Shown here piece by piece: positions 9,215 through 18,049 of a DNA stretch of 64,000 nucleotides. The DNA lies in assembly GCA_038109055.1 (NCBI GenBank), contig JAYNIM010000002.1, forward strand, positions 136,002-200,001, read 5' to 3'. The notes beneath the pieces are model-generated. The model was not told the DNA's origin, searched no databases, and saw only the letters and a program-made list of their open reading frames with translations. A program made the translations under genes and the position numbers. The stretch comes from a bacterium. GTDB taxonomy: Bacteria > Margulisbacteria > Marinamargulisbacteria > GCA-2716485 > JAYNIM01. The number at the start of each line of letters is the position of its first letter. Positions within the stretch are counted from its first letter, which is position 1.

Positions 9215-10683
9215 GAAAGGCAAAAGTTTATTTAATCGGAGCTGGTCCAGGTGACCCCTTGCTCATTTCACAAAAAGCACTCCTCATCTTACAACAGGCA
9301 GACGTAGTCCTTTACGACTCATTATGCAATGAAAATTTACTCTTCCACTGTCCTCCCCATTGCAAAAAAATATCAGTTGGAAAAAAAAGGGGCAGTCATA
9401 GCACAACCCAACAGGAAATACACACATTTATTCTAAACCATAGTAAAAAAGGCCAAACGATTATCAGGCTCAAAGGAGGCACCCCCAGTATATTTGGACG
9501 CTTAGGGGAAGAACTCTTGTTTTTATATGAAAACAATATCGATTATGAAATTATTCCTGGCATCTCTTCGGGAACTTCTGCAGCAGAGTTATTTGGTATT
9601 CCTATAACACATCGTGACACCGCACATTCTGTTGCCTTTCTAACTGGAAGTTTAAAAACAGGTCAATCTATTACAACACAGCAAATACCAAAAGCAGATA
9701 CATTAATCATCTTCATGGGCATACAACACTTTAAGGAACTTATACAAAAAATTATAAACAGCAACTATTTTAGCCATAATACCCCCATTTCTGTCATTTC
9801 TCATGCAAGCACTGCAGCCCAAAAAATTCACTTAAGTACCTTAGAAACCATCCTGATTGAACAAAAAAATCTCCCTCTTGATCATCCAAGCATTATCATC
9901 ATAGGAAAAAGCATTCACAACGCAAAAAAATGGATCAATCAACATTCTTTACCTCTACAAGGTAAACGTATTCATTTATTACGTCGCTATGAACAATCCA
10001 AAGAATTATATGAACAATTAACCCTTGCAGGAGCAGAAATCATCTTAAACCCAAGTATTACACTACAAAAAAAGTTAAAAAATTTAAAAAAAATAACCCC
10101 TACCTATCTTAACAAAATCACATTAATCATTTTTACCAGCCCCAATGCTGTGAGATTCTTTTTTAACGCCTTACAAAACAACGGCTATGATGCCAGAGTA
10201 CTCGCTCACATAAAAATTGTAAGTATCGGGAATGCAACCACCTCCGAACTAAAAAAACACAGCATTAGTCCAGATGCCGAAGCCAGTACCCCCACCTCTG
10301 AAGGACTCGTAACCTTATTAAAAAATACAATAAAAAATGAATATATATTACTTCCTACTGCAGAAAAAACCAGAAATATTCTCAAAGAAAAATTATCAAA
10401 CATCTGCCTCAAATTCACACAAATCTCTCTTTATAAAACATCAGAAATCCCAATCAACACCCAAAAAATTCACTCCAATGACTGGATATTTTTCACATCA
10501 TCTCAAATAGTTAAAAACACTGCCAAAAGAATCCAAAAAGGAAGACAAATCAATGCATTATGCCTTGGTCCAATCACAGAAAAAACAGCTAAACAATATT
10601 TTAAAAAAAGCGTATTATTGCAAAAAACATCGAATCATGAAAATTTAGTAAGTACAATCATTAAAACAATACGCAGTGAATAA
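9202..10683 (+). CDS. cobA-hemD: Uroporphyrinogen-III C-methyltransferase / uroporphyrinogen-III synthase fusion
   Basis: GAGPGDP, RLKGG.P.IFGR, PGISS; C-terminal half has FTSPNAV and FFTSS of HemD. Confidence 0.93.
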   Translation: MAKIRKAKVYLIGAGPGDPLLISQKALLILQQADVVLYDSLCNENLLFHCPPHCKKISVGKKRGSHSTTQQEIHTFILNHSKKGQTIIRLKGGTPSIFGRLGEELLFLYENNIDYEIIPGISSGTSAAELFGIPITHRDTAHSVAFLTGSLKTGQSITTQQIPKADTLIIFMGIQHFKELIQKIINSNYFSHNTPISVISHASTAAQKIHLSTLETILIEQKNLPLDHPSIIIIGKSIHNAKKWINQHSLPLQGKRIHLLRRYEQSKELYEQLTLAGAEIILNPSITLQKKLKNLKKITPTYLNKITLIIFTSPNAVRFFFNALQNNGYDARVLAHIKIVSIGNATTSELKKHSISPDAEASTPTSEGLVTLLKNTIKNEYILLPTAEKTRNILKEKLSNICLKFTQISLYKTSEIPINTQKIHSNDWIFFTSSQIVKNTAKRIQKGRQINALCLGPITEKTAKQYFKKSVLLQKTSNHENLVSTIIKTIRSE

Positions 10684-11956
10684 AAAATCTAAAAAATATT
10701 TCTCAGAAGCAAAACAAATATTAGTAGGGGGTGTCAACAGTCCCGTTCGGGCGTTTACAGCAGTAGGCAAAAATCCATTATTCATTAAAAAAGCAGAAGG
10801 GGCCTATATCTTTACTGAAGATGATCAACGCTTACTCGATTATGTTCTTTCTTGGGGACCTTGTATCCTAGGTCATGCGCATCCAAACGTGATACAAAGT
10901 ATCGAAAAAACCATCAAAAATGGCTTATCCTTTGGGGCCCCCTCTGTGTTAGAAACACAACTCGCTAAATTAATTCAAGAATTTATGCCCCATATAGAAA
11001 AAATACGCTTCGTAAATTCAGGAACAGAAGCAGCAATGTCCGCATTACGGCTAGCCCGAGGCTATACGAAAAAAAAATTCATCGTCAAATTTAATGGTTG
11101 CTATCATGGCCATGCAGATCCTTTTTTAGTAGCAGCTGGATCAGGGAATCTAACCTTATCAAAACCAGATAGTGAAGGCGTATTAGAAAGCACGAGTCAA
11201 TATACATTAGTATGCGACTATAATAATAGCGAACAGTTAACCCATTTATTTAATGAAAATGGAAGAGATATTGCGGGAATCATACTAGAACCCATTACCG
11301 GAAACATGGGCGTTATACCGCCTACAGAAACATTCCTATCCACGCTAAACAAACTATGTAAAACATATGATAGTCTTCTTATTTTTGACGAAGTAATGAG
11401 TGGATTTCGTTGTCATAAAAACGGAGCCCAAGCTTTACTCAATACAACCCCTGACATCACAATATTAGGCAAAGTAATTGGAGGAGGCCTTCCCTGTGGA
11501 GCTTACGGCGGGAAAGCAGAAATAATGGAGAAAATAGCGCCTGAAGGCCCTATTTACCAAGCAGGGACATTATCCGGTAATCCAATCGTCATGGCCAGCG
11601 GCATCGCAACATTAACCGAACTTAAAAATACAAAGGCATTTGAAACAGCAGAACAAAGCTGTACGTTCTTATGCGAAGAACTGAGAAAACAACTAAACAA
11701 AGATCATTATTGCATACAAAATCAGGGAACAATGTTTAGCCTATTTTTTAAAAAAGGCCCCATACAAAATTTAACTGATGTACAAAATTGCAACCTGAAA
11801 CAATTTCCAAAATTTTTCCACGCGTTACTAGAAAATAACATCTATTGGCCCCCTTCGGCATACGAAGCATGTTTTATATCATGTCAACATAAAGCACAAG
11901 AAATCCAACATACCGTAAAAACAGTAAAAAAGAGTTTAAGCACAATTCAAAATTAA
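10676..11956 (+). CDS. hemL: Glutamate-1-semialdehyde 2,1-aminomutase
   Basis: GGVNSPVRAF, NSGTEA, FDEVMSGFR, GKVIGGGLP, AGTLSGNP. Confidence 0.98.
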   Translation: MNKKSKKYFSEAKQILVGGVNSPVRAFTAVGKNPLFIKKAEGAYIFTEDDQRLLDYVLSWGPCILGHAHPNVIQSIEKTIKNGLSFGAPSVLETQLAKLIQEFMPHIEKIRFVNSGTEAAMSALRLARGYTKKKFIVKFNGCYHGHADPFLVAAGSGNLTLSKPDSEGVLESTSQYTLVCDYNNSEQLTHLFNENGRDIAGIILEPITGNMGVIPPTETFLSTLNKLCKTYDSLLIFDEVMSGFRCHKNGAQALLNTTPDITILGKVIGGGLPCGAYGGKAEIMEKIAPEGPIYQAGTLSGNPIVMASGIATLTELKNTKAFETAEQSCTFLCEELRKQLNKDHYCIQNQGTMFSLFFKKGPIQNLTDVQNCNLKQFPKFFHALLENNIYWPPSAYEACFISCQHKAQEIQHTVKTVKKSLSTIQN

Positions 11957-12009
11957 GCTATTAAAAAATAAGAAAAATAGACTATAATAGTACTATTAAT
12001 ATCAAACAC

Positions 12010-13191
12010 ATGCTTAATAAAAAATATTTATTTCTAATAATATGCTTTCTTTATTGCCAAAATACTTTATTTAGTATGGGCGAGCCGCCTCAAAGAATAG
12101 AAAATAAGTTCAAAAAAAAAGATACCGTAAAAAATAAACAGTTATTCAAAAAGAAAGACAAAGACACCTCAACAGAAAAAAAAATATCATCCAAACAACC
12201 TATATCTTCAAATACAATTAGCCAAAACAATTCCTCATCGACGGTAAAAGACAGCAAAATATTATTACCTCCAAACATCAAACAAACCAGTTACAATGTC
12301 ACCTCAGAAGAATCCATCGAAAGTATACGAAAAAAATTAAACCTAAGCATACAAAGAAGACAATTTGAACGAATAAAAAAATTACTAGAAAAAATGCCTA
12401 AATCAATATGGAACAATAAAGAAAAAAATATAGAAAAAGAGCTCCTATTATTTGAAGAAATAGAAAATGAAGAAAAAAGATTCAATAATCAATTTAAAAA
12501 AGACACCAATACTAATCAGAAATTAACGAACAAAATCAATTTTTTATACACAGAAGCGAAAGGAAAAATATTAGAAGGAAATAATAACATCAGTAAAGAT
12601 CTATTGATACATATTTTATTTCTAGACAAGAGTCATTTCAAAGCAAGAAAATTATTAAACAAAGGGTTAAAATTACAAGCAAACGATTATATAGTCGAAA
12701 ACATAGAGCTAAAATATTGGCGAGAGTCCGAAATAAATTACTACAGCGGTAATTACAAAAAAGCCATAGAAAATTTAAACGCATTAACAATCTTTGAAAG
12801 CAACAACGCCACCATTTATGAACGCTTAGGATCAAATTACTACAATATATCGTTAATTAATGAAGCAATAAATTCCTGGACAATTGCAATGGGTCTAGAC
12901 CCATCAAAAAATCATTTAAAAAAGGTCATTGAAAAAGCTAAAAATTATCAAAAAGAACAAGAAAAGGAACTTAAAAACTTTCAACAAACAAATGAGGAAA
13001 GCAACAAAAAAGAGAGTCTTCCAGACATAGAAGAAACACAATTATTAAGTGTGTTTTACAATCGTGCAGACGCATTCAAATATAAAAATAAACTACAAAA
13101 AGAAAATCCAAAAAGAACTCTTTATCTGTATAACAAAAACGATGGATCTATAGAAGTAAGAATAAAAAAAATTAAAAACAGGAGCAACTAA
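12010..13191 (+). CDS. Exported TPR-repeat protein with C-terminal SPOR-like segment
   Basis: Signal peptide; TPR pattern (YERLGSNYY...EAINSWTIAMGLDP); C-terminal VFYNRADA...L....VRI pattern. Confidence 0.6.
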   Translation: MLNKKYLFLIICFLYCQNTLFSMGEPPQRIENKFKKKDTVKNKQLFKKKDKDTSTEKKISSKQPISSNTISQNNSSSTVKDSKILLPPNIKQTSYNVTSEESIESIRKKLNLSIQRRQFERIKKLLEKMPKSIWNNKEKNIEKELLLFEEIENEEKRFNNQFKKDTNTNQKLTNKINFLYTEAKGKILEGNNNISKDLLIHILFLDKSHFKARKLLNKGLKLQANDYIVENIELKYWRESEINYYSGNYKKAIENLNALTIFESNNATIYERLGSNYYNISLINEAINSWTIAMGLDPSKNHLKKVIEKAKNYQKEQEKELKNFQQTNEESNKKESLPDIEETQLLSVFYNRADAFKYKNKLQKENPKRTLYLYNKNDGSIEVRIKKIKNRSN

Positions 13192-14618
13192 TGCTAAAAA
13201 AAACCTCCTACGCCATAGGCATATACGCACTAGTACTAGTCACAAACCTATGCGCTATAAACCAATATCAAATTGAACAATTTTATACAGAAATATCTCA
13301 AAAGACACTTGACACTCTATTTGGAAAAAATACATTTATCGTCAAAGCAAACATAGAATTAACAAAATCAAAGTACCAAGTAACCTATACAAAACAATCT
13401 CAAATCAAAGAAGCAAAACAAACATCATCTCAAACAGAAAAAGTATTACTAATGCCAGGATACCCTGCATTAAAAAATATAAGTCCAGACAATTTAAACA
13501 CACTTCCATATGATTCTGTCACAACTTTAATAGAGCCAAAAATAAAACGAACCATCTTAACAATATTTGCCAGCAAAGAAATGACTCGCCTACAAGTAAA
13601 AAAAATTAACCCTATCCTTCAAGAACTTCTAAATTTAGACTTAACTACAGATAAAATAAACATAAAATACAAAAGCTTTTTCGATCTAAAAAAAGCAAAG
13701 CCCCAGCCAATCACCATTAAAAACTCAAGGGAAACATTCACATCTCCAGATATAGTAATCAATTTTCTATTACTATGTACCGCAATCGCGTTTCTATTAT
13801 CCTACTTATTTAAAAACAAAAAAGAAAGCTCAACTACTCATCAAAATCAGCAACCTAGTATACATGTAAACCCAAGTTTAGAATTACCCGAAGGATTAAA
13901 AACCAGAGATGCAATCACTGAATCACAACAAACATCCAAAGAAAAGAAAAATTATTTTGATTTCATCAATACAGAAAATATCTCGCTTTTAATATCCCTA
14001 CTTAAAAAAGAAAGAGTATCCTTCGACTACGTTGTCATGATTTTGTCGTTTATTCCTACTCCCCTAATTAATCAAATATTAGACAGCTACTCGCTAAAAG
14101 AACAAAGTATCATCATTGAAAAACTAAAAGAAGAAAAACAAGTAAAAGCTGAATTGCTTAAAAAACTAGAGACCAAAATACAAACATACATAGAAACAAG
14201 CATCGGGGGCCCTCATTTATTAGAAAAAATATTTAAACTAAACAAAATATCAAGTAACAAAAATATTCTGGATTATTTAGAAAAAAACAATCCAAGTTTA
14301 TACAAAGACACGCGACCTTACATACGTCTCATAAAAGATTTAGATCTATTAGAAGAAGAAAATTTAAAAGAAATTTTATCATCAATAAATCTAGAAACAT
14401 TATCCAAGGGACTAACACAAAGTTCTGAAGAACTAATTGAGAAAATCAAAGGTTATTTACCAGAAAATGGCCAACAAATGCTGATTGAGTATATTGCAAG
14501 CAATCAAGCTAATCCAAATACAGAAGAAATAGACTTAGCTCAAAAAGCCATTATAAAAACAATAAGAAAATTAGAAAAAACTAAAAAATTAGACCTAGCA
14601 AATAGAACACAAAAATAG
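13191..14618 (+). CDS. Apparent FliF(RBM3)-FliG(M,C) fusion protein
   Basis: Signal/TM, FliF-C-like segment (QKTLDTLFG...IVKANIEL; IKRTILTIF; LNLDLTTDKINIKYKSF), TM helix, then FliG-like YFDFIN...VMILSFIP, GGPHLLEKI, AQKAIIKTIRKLE. Confidence 0.72.
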   Translation: MLKKTSYAIGIYALVLVTNLCAINQYQIEQFYTEISQKTLDTLFGKNTFIVKANIELTKSKYQVTYTKQSQIKEAKQTSSQTEKVLLMPGYPALKNISPDNLNTLPYDSVTTLIEPKIKRTILTIFASKEMTRLQVKKINPILQELLNLDLTTDKINIKYKSFFDLKKAKPQPITIKNSRETFTSPDIVINFLLLCTAIAFLLSYLFKNKKESSTTHQNQQPSIHVNPSLELPEGLKTRDAITESQQTSKEKKNYFDFINTENISLLISLLKKERVSFDYVVMILSFIPTPLINQILDSYSLKEQSIIIEKLKEEKQVKAELLKKLETKIQTYIETSIGGPHLLEKIFKLNKISSNKNILDYLEKNNPSLYKDTRPYIRLIKDLDLLEEENLKEILSSINLETLSKGLTQSSEELIEKIKGYLPENGQQMLIEYIASNQANPNTEEIDLAQKAIIKTIRKLEKTKKLDLANRTQK

Positions 14619-14627
14619 GAGGATAAA

Positions 14628-15392
14628 ATGGACATAATATCAATTATAGGGTTCATAGTAGCACTAAGCGCAATATATTTTGGAGCACCAGATATTAGAC
14701 ATGATTTAGCTGTTTATCTTGATTCAGATAGTTTCATATTTGTATTTTTCGGCTCAATAGGTTCAATGATCATCGCATCAAGTAAAAGTGAGCTAAAACA
14801 TTTAGGAACTCTGTTATCACATACCTTTCGTAGAAAAAAAACAATACTTCCCAAAAAAGCTGTTGAAATCATGGTAAAGCTATCAAAAGATTCACAACAA
14901 ATGAGTAAACAAGATTTACCAAATGAATCAAAAATCTACAACAACCCATTTTTAAACAATGGAATTGCTATGATCGCATCAGGCCTTGATGAGAACTTTA
15001 TTAATACCACTCTAAATAACGACTTGCAAGAATCAGAAAAAAGACACGATATCTTAATCAATAAAGTACGATCATTAGGAGCCTACGCCACAATGTTCGG
15101 GATGGCGGGAACAGTCATTGGAGTCATTCAAGTTCTTAGAGACGTAAAAGACATAAATAACATCATAAGCGGTCTATCATTAGCTCTATTGACCACGCTC
15201 TACGGATTATTTCTTTCCTCTATATTTTATCTTCCTCTATCCAAAAAACTTAAAAATAATAGTGAAAAAGAAGTATTAACAAAATTAATTATAAAAGAAG
15301 GAATATTAGGAATTGCCAGAAAGGAGATCCCTGTAAAAATAAACTTTTACCTAAAATCATTTTTAGATCAACACGACAAGAAAAATGCGTAA
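14628..15392 (+). CDS. motA: MotA/PomA-family stator A subunit
   Basis: Four-TM pattern, NPFLNNGI, MFGMAGTVIGVI, ALLTTLYG. Confidence 0.9.
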   Translation: MDIISIIGFIVALSAIYFGAPDIRHDLAVYLDSDSFIFVFFGSIGSMIIASSKSELKHLGTLLSHTFRRKKTILPKKAVEIMVKLSKDSQQMSKQDLPNESKIYNNPFLNNGIAMIASGLDENFINTTLNNDLQESEKRHDILINKVRSLGAYATMFGMAGTVIGVIQVLRDVKDINNIISGLSLALLTTLYGLFLSSIFYLPLSKKLKNNSEKEVLTKLIIKEGILGIARKEIPVKINFYLKSFLDQHDKKNA

Positions 15393-16050
15393 CAAAGAAC
15401 AAGAAGAACAAGAAGACGACACAGCAATAGCCCAAACAGTTTACGGAGACCTTGTAACATTTTTAATGGTCTTATTCTTATTACTATTCATATTCTCACA
15501 ACAGATAAAAAATGAAGGCTTTTTTATTGTAAACAAAAAGGACAAACGGGGAGGAAGTACAGAACAAAAAACTCAAAGTAACCTAGCAATAAAAAATCCC
15601 TTAAATACAGCCGTACAAAACTTCATTAAAAAAGAACAGCTAGAAAAGGTATTGCACATTGTCGAAAATGAAGAGAGTATAAAATTGATTCTAGAAACCC
15701 CTTTATTATTCAATAGTGGAAAATCCGAATTAACAAACAACGCAATTAAAGTTCTCAACAAGCTTGCAAAAATTTTAAAAAATGTAGAAAACGACATCAT
15801 TATAGAAGGACATACCGACAACGTACCCATACACAATGAAGCCTATAATTCCAATTGGGAACTATCCTTTTTTAGAGCCTTTTCAGTCACACAATACTTA
15901 ATAAATAAACACCAGTTTAAACCAACACAATTATCATGCCTTGGCTATGGTGAGTACCGCCCTTTGGTACCAAACACAAACAAAGAAAACAAAGCCAAAA
16001 ATAGAAGAATAGAAATTAATATAATCAGAATAAAACCAACAAACACCTAA
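15385..16050 (+). CDS. motB: MotB-family stator B subunit
   Basis: YGDLVTFLMVLF (conserved Asp), IEGHTDNVP, SNWELS..RA, GYGEYRP, NRRIEI. Confidence 0.93.
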   Translation: MRNKEQEEQEDDTAIAQTVYGDLVTFLMVLFLLLFIFSQQIKNEGFFIVNKKDKRGGSTEQKTQSNLAIKNPLNTAVQNFIKKEQLEKVLHIVENEESIKLILETPLLFNSGKSELTNNAIKVLNKLAKILKNVENDIIIEGHTDNVPIHNEAYNSNWELSFFRAFSVTQYLINKHQFKPTQLSCLGYGEYRPLVPNTNKENKAKNRRIEINIIRIKPTNT

Positions 16051-16079
16051 CTAATAATAAATACAAACGGAACAGATCT

Positions 16080-16304
16080 GTGAAATTTTTTAAGAAGATT
16101 GCAGAACATTTCAAAAGAAGCAATATTAACCATTATTCATATACAATTTACTTATTAAAACTGGCATCAGATATGTATGATCCGCACACAAAAAATACAT
16201 CTGCATATATAGTCACAAAGGAACTTAAGGAACAAGAAAGGAATAATAATGGAAGCGGTATGGAACTTGTACGGAATCATCATGGAATAAAATCAGCACC
16301 ATAA
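16080..16304 (+). CDS. Hypothetical small protein
   Basis: 74-aa ORF filling the gap after motB; no recognisable motif. Confidence 0.3.
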   Translation: MKFFKKIAEHFKRSNINHYSYTIYLLKLASDMYDPHTKNTSAYIVTKELKEQERNNNGSGMELVRNHHGIKSAP

Positions 16305-16326
16305 CATTGCAACCTAATAGATAGGT

Positions 16327-17451
16327 TTACATCTGTGAAGAAAATAAAGGAATAAACCTTAAATTAGTTACGAATTGTTCATCTAAAAAATAGTTATTTT
16401 GCTCATCAAAACATATTAACTTCTTATATATTGGCGACGTTCTATTCAAAGAAATACGAAATAAATCACGTACTGAATTTGAAGAAATATTACTTTGTTT
16501 AAAAAATCTTATAACCTCATTATACGTAACTTTATCCAAACCAGTTTCAACAATTTTACTATAGAGAAATTGGGTAAATCGTGCTTGATTTTGGGTAAGT
16601 GTATAGGTTTTTCCCATATATTTAATCATCGAGAAATCAGAGCGTGCAACATGCATAGATTTCTTGACCAAAGGATCTAAATAAACAAACCATTTTTCCA
16701 ATAAACAGATATTTGCTTTTATACGATATGAAACAATTTTATACATATCCTTTTCATAATCCATCTTATATTGAGGCGTGTAAAAAAAATGATGAAATTT
16801 AATAAAACCAAGATATTCTAACGACAATACGGTATCCAACACTCGACAATATTTTGCATCTTCGTCTTCAAGCATCTCTTGCGTAAAATCATAAAAATCA
16901 AATAGAAAGTTTTTCCCAAAACGATCATACATTTTCTCAAATTGTTTAATCACAAACGATTCTTGTCGCTTGTATTTAAAGAAAAGCTGATCTTTAGAAA
17001 ATAAATCATCATTAATAAAACGCTCTAAATAAGAGACATACTGTTTTTTAACAACTTGTTGATCTGCTACCCTCAAAAGAATATATTTTTCAAAACGACC
17101 TGACTCTGTATGCGACTTCTCTATTTCACCTAATGAAATAATCTTAGTTGCCGCAATACGCTTTACATCAGTAAATGAAAGTACATTATCAGAATATAAT
17201 TTATCTAAAAAGGGGACAGTTTCGCCATAATGCTCAACATGTGCTCGAACAAAAGTATCTAAAAATAATTGAGGATCGTGCACATGACTACGATAATCCC
17301 ATTTGAAATGATAGCGGATACCAAAGGACTCCAAAAGTGATAAAAAACCATCCTTTTCAAAAACATCATCAGAATAGGCATAATAATCAATACACCCATT
17401 TAAACTAAGTGCAGCCAAACGAAATAAATTTCGTTGCTCGATATACGTCAT
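16327..17451 (-). CDS. Hypothetical protein with C-terminal winged-helix-like domain
   Basis: 374-aa ORF; C-terminal YTLTQNQARFTQFLY...SVRDLF...LI...YFL pattern. Confidence 0.7.
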   Translation of the reverse strand: MTYIEQRNLFRLAALSLNGCIDYYAYSDDVFEKDGFLSLLESFGIRYHFKWDYRSHVHDPQLFLDTFVRAHVEHYGETVPFLDKLYSDNVLSFTDVKRIAATKIISLGEIEKSHTESGRFEKYILLRVADQQVVKKQYVSYLERFINDDLFSKDQLFFKYKRQESFVIKQFEKMYDRFGKNFLFDFYDFTQEMLEDEDAKYCRVLDTVLSLEYLGFIKFHHFFYTPQYKMDYEKDMYKIVSYRIKANICLLEKWFVYLDPLVKKSMHVARSDFSMIKYMGKTYTLTQNQARFTQFLYSKIVETGLDKVTYNEVIRFFKQSNISSNSVRDLFRISLNRTSPIYKKLICFDEQNNYFLDEQFVTNLRFIPLFSSQM

Positions 17452-17952
17452 CTATTCAAGTGTTAATTTACTTAAGGCTTCCAATTCTTCGTCCAATTTT
17501 TTATCTGTATTGATTCTAAACTCAGCAGCCTGTTCCTTCTGAAAGTGCCTCATCATCACATGCAAATGTTTAATTTGTTCATCTTTTCGACGAAGTTGAT
17601 CACCGAGTTCTGAAAATTGCTGATTCTTTGCACGAAGTTCTTCATCTTTACAGTGTAATTGAGTCTTCAAAAAAGAAATGTTCTCCATCAAAAGCTCGAC
17701 ATCATAAGACACCTTATTCACACCAGAACCATGCTGATCTAACCTCGTAGCCAACTGATCAACAGATTTATAATATTTCAGCAAATCCACTCTAGAAAGG
17801 ACCAAAACACGGCGACCATTACGGACATCATCATGATATCTTATGGGCCTTGTTTTAACAGCCTTTCTTAAGGTATGAATAGACTTTCCAGTCAAACATG
17901 AGCCCTCCTCTAATGTAATAAATTCAGACTCTCGTATATCTTTATGTTCCAT
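17452..17952 (-). CDS. HTH (excisionase/MerR-like) plus coiled-coil DNA-binding protein
   Basis: ITLEEGSCLTGKSIHTLRKAVK HTH followed by LKTQL..KDEEL..K..Q heptads. Confidence 0.7.
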   Translation of the reverse strand: MEHKDIRESEFITLEEGSCLTGKSIHTLRKAVKTRPIRYHDDVRNGRRVLVLSRVDLLKYYKSVDQLATRLDQHGSGVNKVSYDVELLMENISFLKTQLHCKDEELRAKNQQFSELGDQLRRKDEQIKHLHVMMRHFQKEQAAEFRINTDKKLDEELEALSKLTLE

Positions 17953-18049
17953 AAGGGTGTATTCCTCAAAATATTAGTTGAAATTTAAAAAAATTCTAAC
18001 ACATTAATATGAATAAAATCAAAAAAAACCTCCCCTCGACACACACTTA

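Noticed and set aside
7256..11956. Absence of hemB from the hem operon as a pathway gap
   Set aside because: hemB is often encoded elsewhere; it cannot be judged from one window.
14628..16050. MotA/MotB pair as Zorya ZorA/ZorB or ExbB/TolQ
   Set aside because: MotA is normal length with no long ZorA tail, MotB has flagellar-type motifs, no ZorC/D/E genes are adjacent, and the neighbour is FliG-like.
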